NCBI GenBank assembly: GCA_964016885.1
Contig: OZ024741.1
Coordinates: 179,490,001-179,554,000, forward strand
Reading direction: 5' to 3'
Source of the DNA: Eledone cirrhosa
Taxonomy: Eukaryota
Length of the DNA stretch: 64,000 nt
Both the position numbers and the translations under genes were made by a program. Below the pieces are notes generated by a model. That model was not told the origin of the DNA. It searched no databases and saw only the letters and a program-made list of their open reading frames with translations. Below are positions 45,276 to 57,744 of the stretch, one piece after another; the stretch's first letter is position 1; each line of letters begins with the position of its first letter.

Positions 45276-46189
45276 AATGTCTATTTTCCATGCTTGTATG
45301 GTTTAGACGGGCTGTCATGTAATGAGGCTAGGCAGGTCAGGTGATCACATCATGCTTATATGATCTGTTTTACTTTGGTTTCTATAGCTGGATGCCAATT
45401 TTAATGCCAAACACATTACATGTAATGGGAGCTTTTTCGTGGTACCAGCATGACTACCTTACAGAGTAGATTGGGTGCTTTTTGTTGTGGCACTAGTACA
45501 ACCATCTTACTGAATAAACAGGATGCGTTGTTATCATGGCACCACATGACAGGGTTGCCTGGGTGTTTTTTATTGTTGTGGTACTAATATGACCATTTGA
45601 CAAGGTGGACTGGGTGTTTTTTGTTGTGACGCATGCACAGACACACACGCACACATATATATGACAGTCTTCCATACAATTTCTGTCAAACACTTCCTTC
45701 ATCAGATGTTGAAATTAATCCTACTGTAGAAAGACACTTGTCCAAGTTAGCATACAAGGGGACTACTCCCAGAACCATGCAATTGACAAGGATGCTCTTT
45801 AACCACATACCTACACCCAGTTGAACCGAGTAACAATAATAGGTTTGTACTTATCTCATAGAAACCTAATAACAGTCACCATACCTACAATTATAACTAT
45901 TTTAGAGACGCTAACATGCCACTGGTACTTTTTATGACAATGAAATCGTGACAAAAATTACTTCTCTCCAAACTTGTTACGTGCAGCAAAGAAGTTTATG
46001 TAGCTTGTGAGTCACTTTCTACTGGGATAACCATTCAACCATGAAATGCGAAGAGTAAAGTATCTATTTACAGAGCAAAGAAATAGCTCACAGTAATATT
46101 TTACTGAAAGCATGATTTCTATGTCTGGATGCTTCCATTTCCATGTTTTCCTAGTTCTGATTCCAAAGTTGCTGATCACTAAATTATAT

Positions 46190-46410
46190 CGGGTTAGACA
46201 GGAAGAGACTTTGTGTTTGAAACACCAGCCTGTCTTGGCTTTTGACAAGGATAAAATCAATGTGGCTTTAGTGCTTGCATGACTAATAGATGATCAAGTA
46301 TCTAGCTAGTTTTCTGAAGTTAGTGTTGCAGATAGTCGGACCATTAGCAACACAAATCTACAGGCGCCTTGACAGACTTCCGCTTAAAATTCCTGCTTTC
46401 CAATCAAAAC
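46190..46410 (-). mobile_element. Degraded RTE AP-endonuclease remnant
   Basis: Minus-strand translation CVANGPTICNTNFRK..LIIY..HIDFILVK. Confidence 0.55.
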
Positions 46411-47188
46411 TTTTAGTGTGGTGACAACTCTTTGTATCTATCTATCTTTCACACATACACACACTCTCTCTCTCACTGTATTTCTCTCTCAATAACAACA
46501 ACCTGTTGTTTTTTTCTTGAAACAAATTTTAAATCTATCTTTCACACATACACATACTCTCTCTCTCACTGTATTGCACGCTCAATAACAATAACAACAA
46601 CCACCTGTCATTATAGTGCAAGTCTGAGTTTAAATCCCGCCGAGGTTAACTTTGCCTTTCATCCTTACGGGGTCGATAAAATAAAGTACCAGTAATACAC
46701 TGGATTAATTGCTGGCCTTGTGCCAAAAGTAGAAACAATTATAGTGCAAGTCTTTTTGAAGTCTTGTGTTGTGTTGTCTTGAAGGACATACAGATTAATG
46801 TGTCTGTCAGCTTGATGCTAAAGCTGTTTGACTGGTGGTGGGATCCTGAGTAGGGCACAAAATTATCATCATCACCATTGTTTAATTACGTCCATTTTCC
46901 ACATTTGCATAGCATAGGTTAGCACGGTTGTCACATTGAGACAATTTATTTCAAGAGACATCTTGCTCATACAGATCTGTATTTTGGCTTGGTCTGTATA
47001 GCTGGATGCCCTTCCTAACACCAACCACATTACAGTGTGAAACAAGGCAAAAATAAACTTGAGAGATAGGAGAAATTGAAAACAAGTTTTAGGGAAGAAA
47101 AATGGAAATAAACAGCAAATATATATATCAGGATTTGATAGGAGTAATCACACACTGTATTGTCTAACTAGTCAGTGCTGAAGTGCAG

Positions 47189-47318
<130 letters not shown>

Positions 47319-49669
47319 AAATAACAAATATGCATGTGTACATAAATGTGGGAGAGAGAAGGGGAGAGGGAACATCATGGTGTCTTCTAGAACAGGAGAG
47401 AATGAGAATAATCTTTAAGAAAGAAAAGAACATAAACAGGGCAAAAATAAACTTTGGAGACAGGAGAGACAGAAAATAAACTATAGGGAAGAAAACGGAT
47501 ATAAACTGAATATGGTAGGATTTGCCATATATATATCATGACCACTACTATTATCATCATCATTCTTATATATCTGCTTTTCCATGCTTGCATGAGTTAG
47601 ACAGATCTTTTCCTTCATTGCTTCCCTCCACCCACTGTGTTCCTTAATCAATTCTGTCATGTACAGTGTTTTGAGATCTGCTCTCACTATTTCTGCCCAT
47701 GTCTCAAGTACTCAAGCAACACCACAGACTCTCATGTAGGCCAGAAATTTGACACAATCCCTTGCTCTACTAGGAAAGATATCATGTCCTTAACACAGCT
47801 GAAAAGTCCTCCAATCCTTTTGTTTTGCATGTATTCTATAGCTGGATGCCTTTTCTATCACAGACCAGTTTAGAGAGTACACTATTAAATCTCATTACAT
47901 GTCATACATCCATGACATCTGACTTTTCATCCATCTTAATCCCATTCCTCCTATTTTCACTCATGACCACAGCTGCTGTGAGACAACACAACAACCACCC
48001 ACCCACCATTCAATGTTGGTGCTACTATAAAATGCACTCAATACACACCATACAGTGGATGACCAGTAACAGCAGCATTAGTTAGAGAGGATCTCTTCAG
48101 TTGCATCAGTGACCAACAATTTTCCAGGTGCTGGTACAATAGAATGCACCAAGTACACTCTGTAAAGAGGTTGGCATTAGAAGGGTATCCAGTCATAGAA
48201 ACCATGCCAAACAAAGAGTTAAGAGGACCCTCCAATTATGTGAAGGTCTGTAGAAACCATTCCAAAACTTGAAAATATATAAGCGAGACATTTCTTGACT
48301 CATCTAGGAGGACTGTACCTCTGATTACGTATTGACTTGATCTGTGATACGATGTCCAGCCCATGCCAGCATAGAAGAAAAAATATTAGATGACGATTAT
48401 GATGATATACTCAGAACAAATTCAAGACAAAGAAAAATTTAAAGAAAATGCTGCTCTCCAAAAAAAGAGAGGAATTTACACAGGTAATATGTATATATAA
48501 GCCAAAATCAGTTCCCGTCCCACCCTTGCAAGCAGGGAAAAAGCGGACGTAAAATGAAATGATGATGATGATGATGATGTGTGTATGCGTGCGTGCACGT
48601 GTGTGTATGTATGTATTTACTCATGTATGTCTGTATCATCATTACTATTTAACAAGTATTTTCCATGCTTGCATGAGTTAGACAGATTGTCATGTAATGA
48701 GGCTAGACAGTTTAGGTAGCCACCTCTTGTTGATACATGTTCTGTTTTGGGGTTGGTTTTCTACACCTGGATGCCCTTCCTAATGCCAACCACCTTATAG
48801 CATGTACAAGGAGCTTCTTTGTTCTATCCCACAGAGTTACATCTTGAGCAAGTATCTTTTATCACAGCCTTGGTTTAACCGATGCCTTCGATGTGAAACT
48901 GGGTTGATGGAAACTGTGTTGAAGACTTGATTGTGCCTGTAATTCAAAGGGCTGGTTTTGTCACATATTGTGCCATGCTGAATTTTCCTAGGAATTACAT
49001 TAAGAATGCAGATGTTTGTGAAATACTCAACTCCTTAAACTTGAATAACAATGGTCTATACTTGTAATTTAAAGGGCCAGATTTGTCACACATTATGTCA
49101 TGATTAATTTCTCTGGGAATTACATGAAGAGTACATGTCTATGGAACTCTCAGCCACTTACACATTCATTTAATGAGCAAGTTCGTTCGGTTGATTAAAC
49201 AACTGGAACACATACTGTTGACACTGATGAAAGACTATTTACTATATTTATGAGTGTACACACACCAAATGGTATGTGTACTTATTGTGTTGAAGGGTAC
49301 ATTTTCTAAAGGATATATTCAGAACCAAATCTGCTACATCATGCTTACATTTCAGTTTTGTTTTATATGCAAGCAGATAAAAGCGGACGTAAATTTCAAA
49401 AGAATGCGTCAGGTATGACTGACTGCTTTATAAATTAATCCAAATGAAATGTGAGTGTTAAAGATGGTTCAAATGTGTAATACCGCCTGTAATTTCATAT
49501 TAGCCAATGATCTGGTTGTTGTGTAGTAATACTGATTTCGAATTTGCCAAGGCCATCAAATTTGGGGAAGGTTGATTACATTAAACCCAGTACTTTATTT
49601 ATTTTATCAATCCCAGAAGGATGAAAGGCAGAATTAACCTCAGTGGGATTGGAACACAGAATATAAATC

Positions 49670-50035
49670 ATACTTTTCCCCAATAACATCCTTATTTATA
49701 CTGACACACTGCCTTACAATGTGGAACACTTCCCATTTCAAGACATTGGCAAACTTTCTCTTTTCAGCCTCTCTGAGCTGTGTATAAGTGCTGTCTAGCT
49801 TCTCTCTTAGATACCAGTTTCTGCTACCTCCATTTTCCCAGTATTTCCATGCTGGTCTCTTGGCTTTATTGGCTCCATCCACTGTGTTGGTCCACCACCA
49901 GGCCACCCTCTGTCTGCTTGGTGCTTTATTCTAGCCACAAGTCTTATCACAAAAATTTGTCACACAAGAATTTCCAGTTGTCCTCTTTGTTATATGTGTC
50001 GTCTCATCAAAAGCATCCTTGTAGGTCCTTTCTAA
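49670..50035 (-). mobile_element. Degraded RTE linker-region remnant
   Basis: WWWTNTVD..KAKRPAWKYWENGGSR..EVFHIVRQC..KDVIGEK. Confidence 0.6.
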
Positions 50036-50369
50036 ACCTATATCTAACTGAAACGTCATTTAGCTTCCAAACCCTCTGTCTTCATATTTTCATGTGTATC
50101 TTGTTCTGTCTTGTATTTATTCTGATGTTTTCCATAAACAATATATCCTACAGTATAGCAATTCAACAGATGTGAGAGGTATACACCATATTTAAAAATA
50201 ACGAAGTATGGGTTGACATTGGGAGAACATAACTGCCTAAAAAATAGTATCATAAAAATGATGATGATAATGACAATGATGATAATATTTGACATTGTAA
50301 ACATCTAAAACTTCAAGAGAGAAATAGCAATAGGCTAAGTGACAGACATAAATCATGTTCATATATATC

Positions 50370-50645
50370 CTTGCTAGGCAATCATGTTATGGATTACAGT
50401 AAAGAATGTCTGCCACTCACTCACAAAGAGGGTTTTAAAATTGTTTTGTTGCTGTTTGAAACTGTGGCTTTGCCAGAGTTCATGTCTCACTGCAGTCTTA
50501 ACCTCTTCCAATATGGGAAGATCATCAAGCTTGTTAATGACGAGAGCAGGTTCCATGGCCTCAATCACATCAGGATTAATGAGAGATGCATGGTTAGAAG
50601 CTCATTAAAGTGTTCGCCACTTCTCTTTTGAATGAAACGTCAGTT
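50370..50645 (-). mobile_element. Degraded RTE/BovB-like remnant
   Basis: RSGEHFNELLN-like segment followed by LDDLPILEEVKTAV..NSGKA. Confidence 0.55.
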
Positions 50646-51465
50646 ATCTGTTTAGGATCTAAGAAGTTCCTGTGCATTAATTTGATTATAGTGGATGTGG
50701 CTTGTACATACAGAACTATGCTCACTTTTCAGACAAAACCAGCAATAAAAGCTGACGGTCCAACATAGGTTGCAGCAAACAGCAACTGATTCATCTTCAG
50801 GTTTTCTACTGGAGTTTCCCCTCTCCTAGTAAACTTTTAGATGGTCATTGACTTTTATGTTTCTCCTACATCATGTCCAAAAATCACCCTCCTCATAAGC
50901 TAGTTTGATGAGGTTGTCAGTTTAGTTGCCAACGACCTGACTATGTGTCAGATTGTATTGGGTTATATACATATATATATACACACACATACATGTACAT
51001 ACATACACATACACACAATGACAGACACACACACACAATAACACTGCCTACAAAGTATCTATAAGCAAAATGTCAGCCACAAGGCATTGGTCAACCTAAA
51101 ACTATGGTAGAAGATATTTGCCTAAGGTATCATATAGTGGAACCGAACCAAGAAATAAATGATTATGAAGTAAATTTAATCACACAGCTGTGTTTGTTGA
51201 AGGTGACATCACTACTGGATTGAGCAGATGTGGTGACTATATAGAAGTTTTCTGATTGTAACTAGGATGATGGAGATGACAAAAGAAACATTGCAAGATA
51301 AGATTATAGTAGAAATAATGACAGTCCTAGGGATTATGGTAATAGAGATGACAATAAAGATGATCCACCATTTGAAGTATATATTTAACACTTTAGGAAT
51401 GAAAAAGTAAAATAAAAGGAAAGAAACACACACATACATATATATATACATACATACACACACAC

Positions 51466-51648
51466 ATTGAGGACCCTGACGACTGAGCTCTGACCGTTTC
51501 GACAGCTAGTCCGGATCTAGCTGTTGAAACGGCTGGATCTCAGCTGTCGGGGGTTCTTAATCTTTTCATATTACCCACTCTACTACCCCAAGTATCAAGT
51601 ACTCTTGTGGGTTGTGGTCCACTTGGTTTTTACCACACCCTATCTGAT
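51466..51648 (+). mobile_element. Short Penelope-like 3' fragment with fold-back half hammerhead (diverged subfamily)
   Basis: GAAACGGCTG..CAGCTGTCGGGGG, then tail ccactctactaccccaagtatcaagtactc. Inverted arm about 51466-51510. Confidence 0.7.
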
Positions 51649-51657
51649 ATATATATA

Positions 51658-51736
<79 letters not shown>

Positions 51737-52236
51737 TAGACAATGGTAAAGATTGAAAAGTTTGAAAATAGAATTAGAAGCTTTCACTGTATTTTGACTA
51801 TACAAAATAATCTAATATTAGGGCGTATAAACGCCCATAACAGAAATGCTATTGCCCATTTATGGAGGAATCATATGCTCTAATGTGTGTATATATATAT
51901 ATATATACATACACACACACACATAAACAGAATTTTACAGATCGATACTATAATGTATTGAGGCATCAAATATTTTCTTGATCCTGCCACTCATAGACTT
52001 GTTCAATAATAATGGGGGTGAAGACTGAAATTAGAGAGCACTCAATATGAAATAGCCATGAAGAGATGGTACCCAAACAGAACATACAAGAGCGAATAAG
52101 AAATTCAAGAAATTCAACATGAAAATGTAAAAAGACTTATATATACATATATGTGTGTGTGTGTGTGTGTGTGCATGCTTGTATGTATATATATATGTAT
52201 GTGCATGTAGATGTATATATATATATATATATATAT

Positions 52237-52358
52237 ATAGGAAAAAGTATGACCCCGACGGCAGAGCTCAAGCCGTTTCGACGGCTATTTCTGGACTAAA
52301 TTAGAATTTTTAGCCTGGTGAATAAATAGCCGAACTTGTCAAGGGGGTACTTCCTTAT
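52237..52358 (-). ncRNA. Type I hammerhead ribozyme, inverted copy
   Basis: Reverse complement of 54773-54894. Core at 52342-52336, GTC at 52259-52257. Confidence 0.8.
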
Positions 52359-52845
52359 ATGGGAAGATTGTAGTTGTCAAGAGGATTGGTTAAAATTTGT
52401 TGTAAACACAAATAAGTCTATCATGGCATTTGGTGGGAGGTATAATAGAAATAAATAAAAAAAATCACAATGCTATCTTACAATTACAGGTTAATAAGTT
52501 GAGAATAGAAAAAACTTGTAGAAATTGAATAGCAACAAAACTGATACAAAATTAAAGGGGTTTAACACATCTGCTATAAGTAGTTAGTAAAACGTATTCG
52601 GCCAATTCTATCTTAAAATTACAGGGGTGGGGGAACTGATGCTACAGAGGCCCGATGTGCTGCATCGGGGTAGGCGAAAGGGGAAAGCAGACGAGGAAGA
52701 AAATAGGGGGTGGAAGGAAGTGATAGGATGAGACAGGGGGAAGAAGACAAAGAGGAAAAGAAAAGAGATACATCTACCTATGTAAACTGGGGTTTCCCCT
52801 AACTTATACGGCAAGTGGGGGGGGGGGGGGGGTATCAGCCCTTGT

Positions 52846-53872
52846 CTACCCACCCGGGTCGTTATGGGGTTTGAGGGCGAGGTAAATCCTACGCAATCTG
52901 TGTTTGAATGCGGTTACCAGTTTGTCTTCCTTGTTTAGGAGTTGGTCCTTCGAAAACAGCATTTGTAATGTTTCCTCCGAGCATAAGTTACACGGACGGT
53001 GTCCGCCCGTGTAAGAGTTAGATCTGGACAGTAAGCTCCAAGTGAGATTGTAGGTTATATTATTATCTTGGAGGTCCCAGATGTGGCCTGAACATGTAGT
53101 GGCATGTCGCCGGACCGGGTTTCGGAAAGTATGTCGGTGTTGGAAGAGCCGGCTCTTGAAGTCAAACGCGGTTAATCCTATATAAGCTTTGTTGGAGGTG
53201 TCCGTCCTCACGTTGCACTGGTAGATCACATTACGTTCTTGGCATTTGTTGTTGAGGGGGCACGTAGATCTATCAGGGCAGTTACACCTCCTGGTCGGCT
53301 CTCCACAGATGTCTAGGTTATTTCTTCCATAGTGGTTGAGTTTTTTGCTGTTTGAGTAGACAATGTTTTGTGCGAAGTTAGATGTGGTGCTGTAGGAGAG
53401 TTTGATGGTGTTTTTGTTGATTATGTTGTGGTAGCGGTGTTGTAGTGGGAAGTGTTTTTCGAGGAGTCTAAAGAAGACTTTCCTGATAGGTGTTGCCACC
53501 TCGGCATTATGGGGAGGATTGAACCATGTTACATTGCATGAGCGGAGGTCACCTGCTGGTTCCGCTAAGGGAAGCTGGATAAAAGGATATTTCCTCCCGG
53601 AAGCCACTCCGCTTGAGGGCCTGGTTGTAATGAGGTGCGTATTCGTCGAATATCTGCACATTAGCGGACAAACGAGATATGCGGAGGGAGATGTTTTTAA
53701 CCAGGTTATTGGTGATGTTTCTAGGATGGTTAGAGCGGCGGTGGATGTAGTGCAGGTTGTCGTTTCGTTTCCTGTATGGGTAGTACAGATCATTTTCGAG
53801 GTTAAGGGTAATGTCCAGGAAATTGACTCGAGTTACGGACGTTTGTAGGGTGATTTTAAATCCCCAGTCCCG
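52846..53872 (-). pseudogene. Penelope-like RT C-terminus/thumb plus GIY-YIG endonuclease, disrupted by a stop and a frameshift
   Basis: One frame gives VNFLDITLNL..YYPYRK..SNHP..LKRSGF. After a stop and shift near 53550 it gives WFNPP..KHFP..CNCPDRSTCPLNNKC (CxCx5Cx5C)..VIYQC..AYIGLT..FKSR..CNLC. Confidence 0.9.
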
Positions 53873-54772
53873 GATAATAATATAATAATATAACCTACAA
53901 TCTCACTTGGAGCTTACTGTCCAGAGCTAACTCTTACACAGGAGGACACCGTCCGTGTAACTTATGCTCGGAGGAAACATTACAAATGCTGTTTTCGAAG
54001 GACCAACTCCTAAACAAGAAAGACAAACTGGTAACCGTATGCAAACACAGATTGCGTAGGACTTACCTCGCCCTCAAACCCCATAACGGCCCGGGAGGGT
54101 AGACAAGGGCTGATACCCCCCTCCCCACTTGCCGAATAAGTTAGGGGAAACTCCAGCTTACATAGGTAGATGTATCTCTTTTCTTTTCCTCTTTGTCTTC
54201 TTCCTCCTGTCTCATCCTATCACTTCCTTCCACCCCCTATTTTCTTCCTCGTCTGCTTTCCCCTTTCGCCTACCCCGATGCAGCCCATCGAGCCTCTGTA
54301 GCACCAGTTCCCCCACCCCTGTAATTTGAAGATAGAATTGGCCGAATACGTTTTACTAACTACTTATAGCAGATGTGTTAAACCCCTTTAATTTTGTATC
54401 AGTTTTGTTACTACTCAATTTCTACAAGTTTTTTCTATTCTCAACTTATTAACCTGTAATTGTAAGATAGCATTGTGATTTTTTAATTCATTTCTCACTA
54501 TCTAATTTTATATATATATTTTTTCTTTCTATTATCTTTTATTGTCTCCTACTCTCATTCGATTTACCTATTCTATAACCTCCCTGCTCCACTTCATACA
54601 CTATCCTTAGAATCTGCTGTATACATATCACTTTCAATGCTTGACCCTCCACTCACTCCCCAATTGTTCTACAGGTAAGTTCAGGCACCCTACCTCCCAC
54701 CAAATGCCATGATAGACTTATTTGTGTTTACAACAAATTTTAACCAATCCTTGACAACTACAAACTTCCCAT

Positions 54773-54894
54773 ATAAGGAAGTACCCCCTTGACAAGTTCG
54801 GCTATTTATTCACCAGGCTAAAAATTCTAATTTAGTCCAGAAATAGCCGTCGAAACGGCTTGAGCTCTGCCGTCGGGGTCATACTTTTTCCTAT
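54773..54894 (+). ncRNA. Type I hammerhead ribozyme (U3-A8 core variant) in Penelope pseudo-LTR
   Basis: Stem I CCCC/GGGG with a distal AAGTA/TACTT extension. Core TTGACAA at 54789-54795. Stem II CGGCTATTT/AAATAGCCG. GAAA at 54852-54855. Stem III ACGGC/GCCGT. GTC triplet at 54872-54874. Confidence 0.8.
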
Positions 54895-55315
54895 TTTCCA
54901 CTCTACTACCCTAAGTATTGAGTACTCTGGTGCGTTATGGTCCATCTGGTTCCTTACCACAATTCCTTTGTTTTATATATATATATATATCATCATCATC
55001 ATCATCATCTAATGACATTTTTCCACACAAGCATAGGTTATATGAGTTGTCCCATTGTGTGACAAGCCAGATCAGATGACCGTGTCTTGTTTATACAGAA
55101 CTGATTTTGTAGAAACCAAGCCAAAATCAGTTCTGTATAAACAAGACACGGTCATCTGATCTGGCTTGTCACACAATTGCACATCTTAATTTTCATATTG
55201 ATCCTTCGTCACACATAGTGGCAAAAACATAACTTTTTATTTACCACATTCCTTTCTGTATATGCTGCAGTAAGAGAAAATAATACACACCACACACATA
55301 TGAGAAAGAGAGAGG

Positions 55316-55408
<93 letters not shown>

Positions 55409-55437
55409 ACAGGTAAATAGATGGTTTATTCTGTTAC

Positions 55438-55626
55438 CTCTTGGGAAGCCTCATGATGTGTAAGAATATTTGGTCAGCACTGATTTAGGCAGCAGCAATC
55501 CAGTTCCATGCCATGCTGGTCTTTGAGAAGTCTCCTAAGTTACATTTTCAGCAGCAAAGCCAGTGTAAGCTGGCATTTTCTGCTACTAGAGAGCAAAGTT
55601 TTCATCATGGCAGTATATTGACAACT
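55438..55626 (-). other. Candidate isolated exon (distal 5' exon of the zinc-finger gene or part of another transcript)
   Basis: Unique sequence with a long pyrimidine tract, tttag| acceptor and GAG|gtaaca donor. No frame is open throughout, but a terminal ATG gives MRLPK-R in phase 2. Confidence 0.3.
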
Positions 55627-56021
55627 CTAAACACAATTTAGAAAGACAAAAAAAGAAAACATATAACTCATTACTTTAGAATATTGTTGAGTGGATATAT
55701 ATATATATATATATTTATATATTTTTTATTTATGGTATATATATATATTTTTAATGAAAATTAAATGTCAGTTTGACCTCTTCCTTCGAAACAACTGTAA
55801 ACTAATAAACACTCGTCATGAGTTTTGGTTGAATTTCTCTAATTATAATGTTGATATATATATAATATATAATATATATAATATATATAATATATATAAT
55901 ATATATAATATATAATATATATATAATATATATATATAATATATAATATAAAATAAAGTGCCAGTAATGTACTGGGTAATTGCTGGCCTTGTGCCAAAAG
56001 TAGAAACAATATATATATATT

Positions 56022-57667
56022 CAGTAATCTCCCACTATATCGCGATTCATTTTTCGCAGCCCTGCTACATCGCGGATTTTTCTTTGGAACGTATCTAATT
56101 TCTTATTGCAGTAATCCTTGTTGCATCGCGGATTTTTCGTTAGAACATATCTATTTTCTTATATATAATGATATAATATATAATTAAATTATTGTGTAAA
56201 GTGCTCAGGTGCACTACAACTCGTCAAAGGTGCATGTATAATACATAGAATAATACACAAATGTCAGGGAAGTGAATAGTGTATGAGTCATGATATACAT
56301 GTGTGTATGTGTATAGAGGGGGAACATTAGGTGTAGTGTTGGCGAATCTCGGGAAGCATAGAGGCCTTAAAGGATGCAGTGTCTGGACAGCTAACAACCG
56401 ATGCAGGTAGTTTGTTCCATGCTTCATCAACTCTGAGCGTGAAAAAATGTTTCCGAAAGTCATGGGAACTGTACTGTTTTCTGACTTTGTGGGCATGCCC
56501 ATGTGTGTTAGACACATGGAAATCAAAAAGGTACTCAGGGTTGTTGTTCGCAAGATGGTTAACAATTTTGTGGGTGTTTACCAAGTCAGTTGTCAGGCAT
56601 CGGAGCTTCAATGTATCCATGCCCAGGGAAGCAAGGCGCTCAGAGTATGGTAGATGCCTGATGGAGGGTATTTGCTTGGTTGCACGTCTCTGAACAGTTT
56701 CCAGGCGGTCAATGTTCTGAGCAAGATAGGGGTTCCAGACTGGTGATGCAAATTCTAAGTGTAGCCGTACCATAGCCATGTACAGCCTTAAATAGATAGC
56801 TGGAGAGCAGCTGACAAAGGTCTTGCTGAGTGATGCTAAGACACCTTCGGCCCTCTTGACAATTTTAGAGACGTGCTTCGTCCAACGCAAATCGCTGCTG
56901 ACCGTAATGCCCAGGTCACGTTCACAAGAAGACTTCTTGATATTAGTGCTGTGGAGGGAGTATGTGGACGTTGGGTTTTTACTCCCAAAATGCATGGTGG
57001 TGCACTTGTCCACAGCTAGCTTGAGTTGCCAGTCTGAGATCCATTGTTGCATTGTGTCCAGGTCAGACTGCAAGCAAGATCTATAGTGTTCAGGATCTGT
57101 CCTTTTTATCTCAAGGTACAGCTTGATGTCATCTGCGTACTTTAGTACTGTGGAATTCTTTAAGTTGGCATCTATGTCATTATCACGGTACATACGTCTA
57201 GATAAAAAGAGTTTAAAATTTAAACTTATTAAATAAGTTTCGATGTGATTGAAATGTAAGGAAGGGGCATCTTAAAGCTTTAAACTATAAATAATGTTTC
57301 TATTTTTCATTCCATTACTGTTTTACTGATTGTGTGTTTCTCTACTGTACTACAAACCCTTCATAGATTGACGGGAGATGTGCAGTGTATTACTAAGCAG
57401 CTAACGTGGTTGGTAATGGTCGTCATTGGTAACTAGTGGTACGATTGTTGGTGATAGTTTCTATACGATCGTTACTGGCTGTTTTTTGTGTTTAAATACA
57501 AAAAGTATGTTTTAATGAGTTTATATGTACTTAAAGCATATAGAAGAGGTATTTTAAGGCTTAAACTACGAAAACAACGGTTGTGGTTATGGTTTCTATA
57601 TATCGCGGATTTTCATTTGGTTGGTTCTGGAACGTATTCCCCGTGATAGACGGGGGATTAAATACTG
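56022..57667. mobile_element. Tigger/pogo-like non-autonomous DNA transposon interrupted by the CR1-like copy
   Basis: Imperfect termini CAGTAATCTCCCACTATATCGCG and CGTGATAGACGGGGGATTAAATACTG-TA, with repeated ATCGCGGATTTT subterminal motifs. Confidence 0.65.
56180..57183 (-). mobile_element. CR1-like LINE, same family as 35967, nested in a DNA transposon
   Basis: KYADDIKLY, LEFASPVWNP, ETVQRRATK, FFTLRVDEAWNKLP. Close similarity to the 36-37 kb copy. Confidence 0.9.
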
Positions 57668-57744
57668 TATATATATGTGTGTGTGTGTGTGTGCGTGTAT
57701 TTATATACATATATACACACACACACACATATATATATACATAT

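Larger units (their letters stand above)
52237..54975. mobile_element. Penelope-like retroelement (Naiad-type), 5'-truncated, with inverted pseudo-LTR arrangement
   Basis: Minus copy 53875-52237 and plus copy about 53890-54975 are reverse complements over about 830 bp. Flanked by (AT)n. RT thumb and GIY-YIG motifs are present, with a hammerhead at each 3' end. Confidence 0.92.

Noticed and set aside
51471-51560. CTGACGA in the inverted arm reconstituting a full hammerhead
   Set aside because: It is the reverse complement of the cleavage-site region. About 18 extra nt separate it from stem II, and stem I pairing is poor.
53545-53555. In-frame TGA in the Naiad ORF as possible selenocysteine (some Naiads are reported to encode selenoproteins)
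   Set aside because: It lies in an Arg-rich linker next to a frameshift and is best explained as CGA-to-TGA decay. The conserved Cys positions use normal codons.
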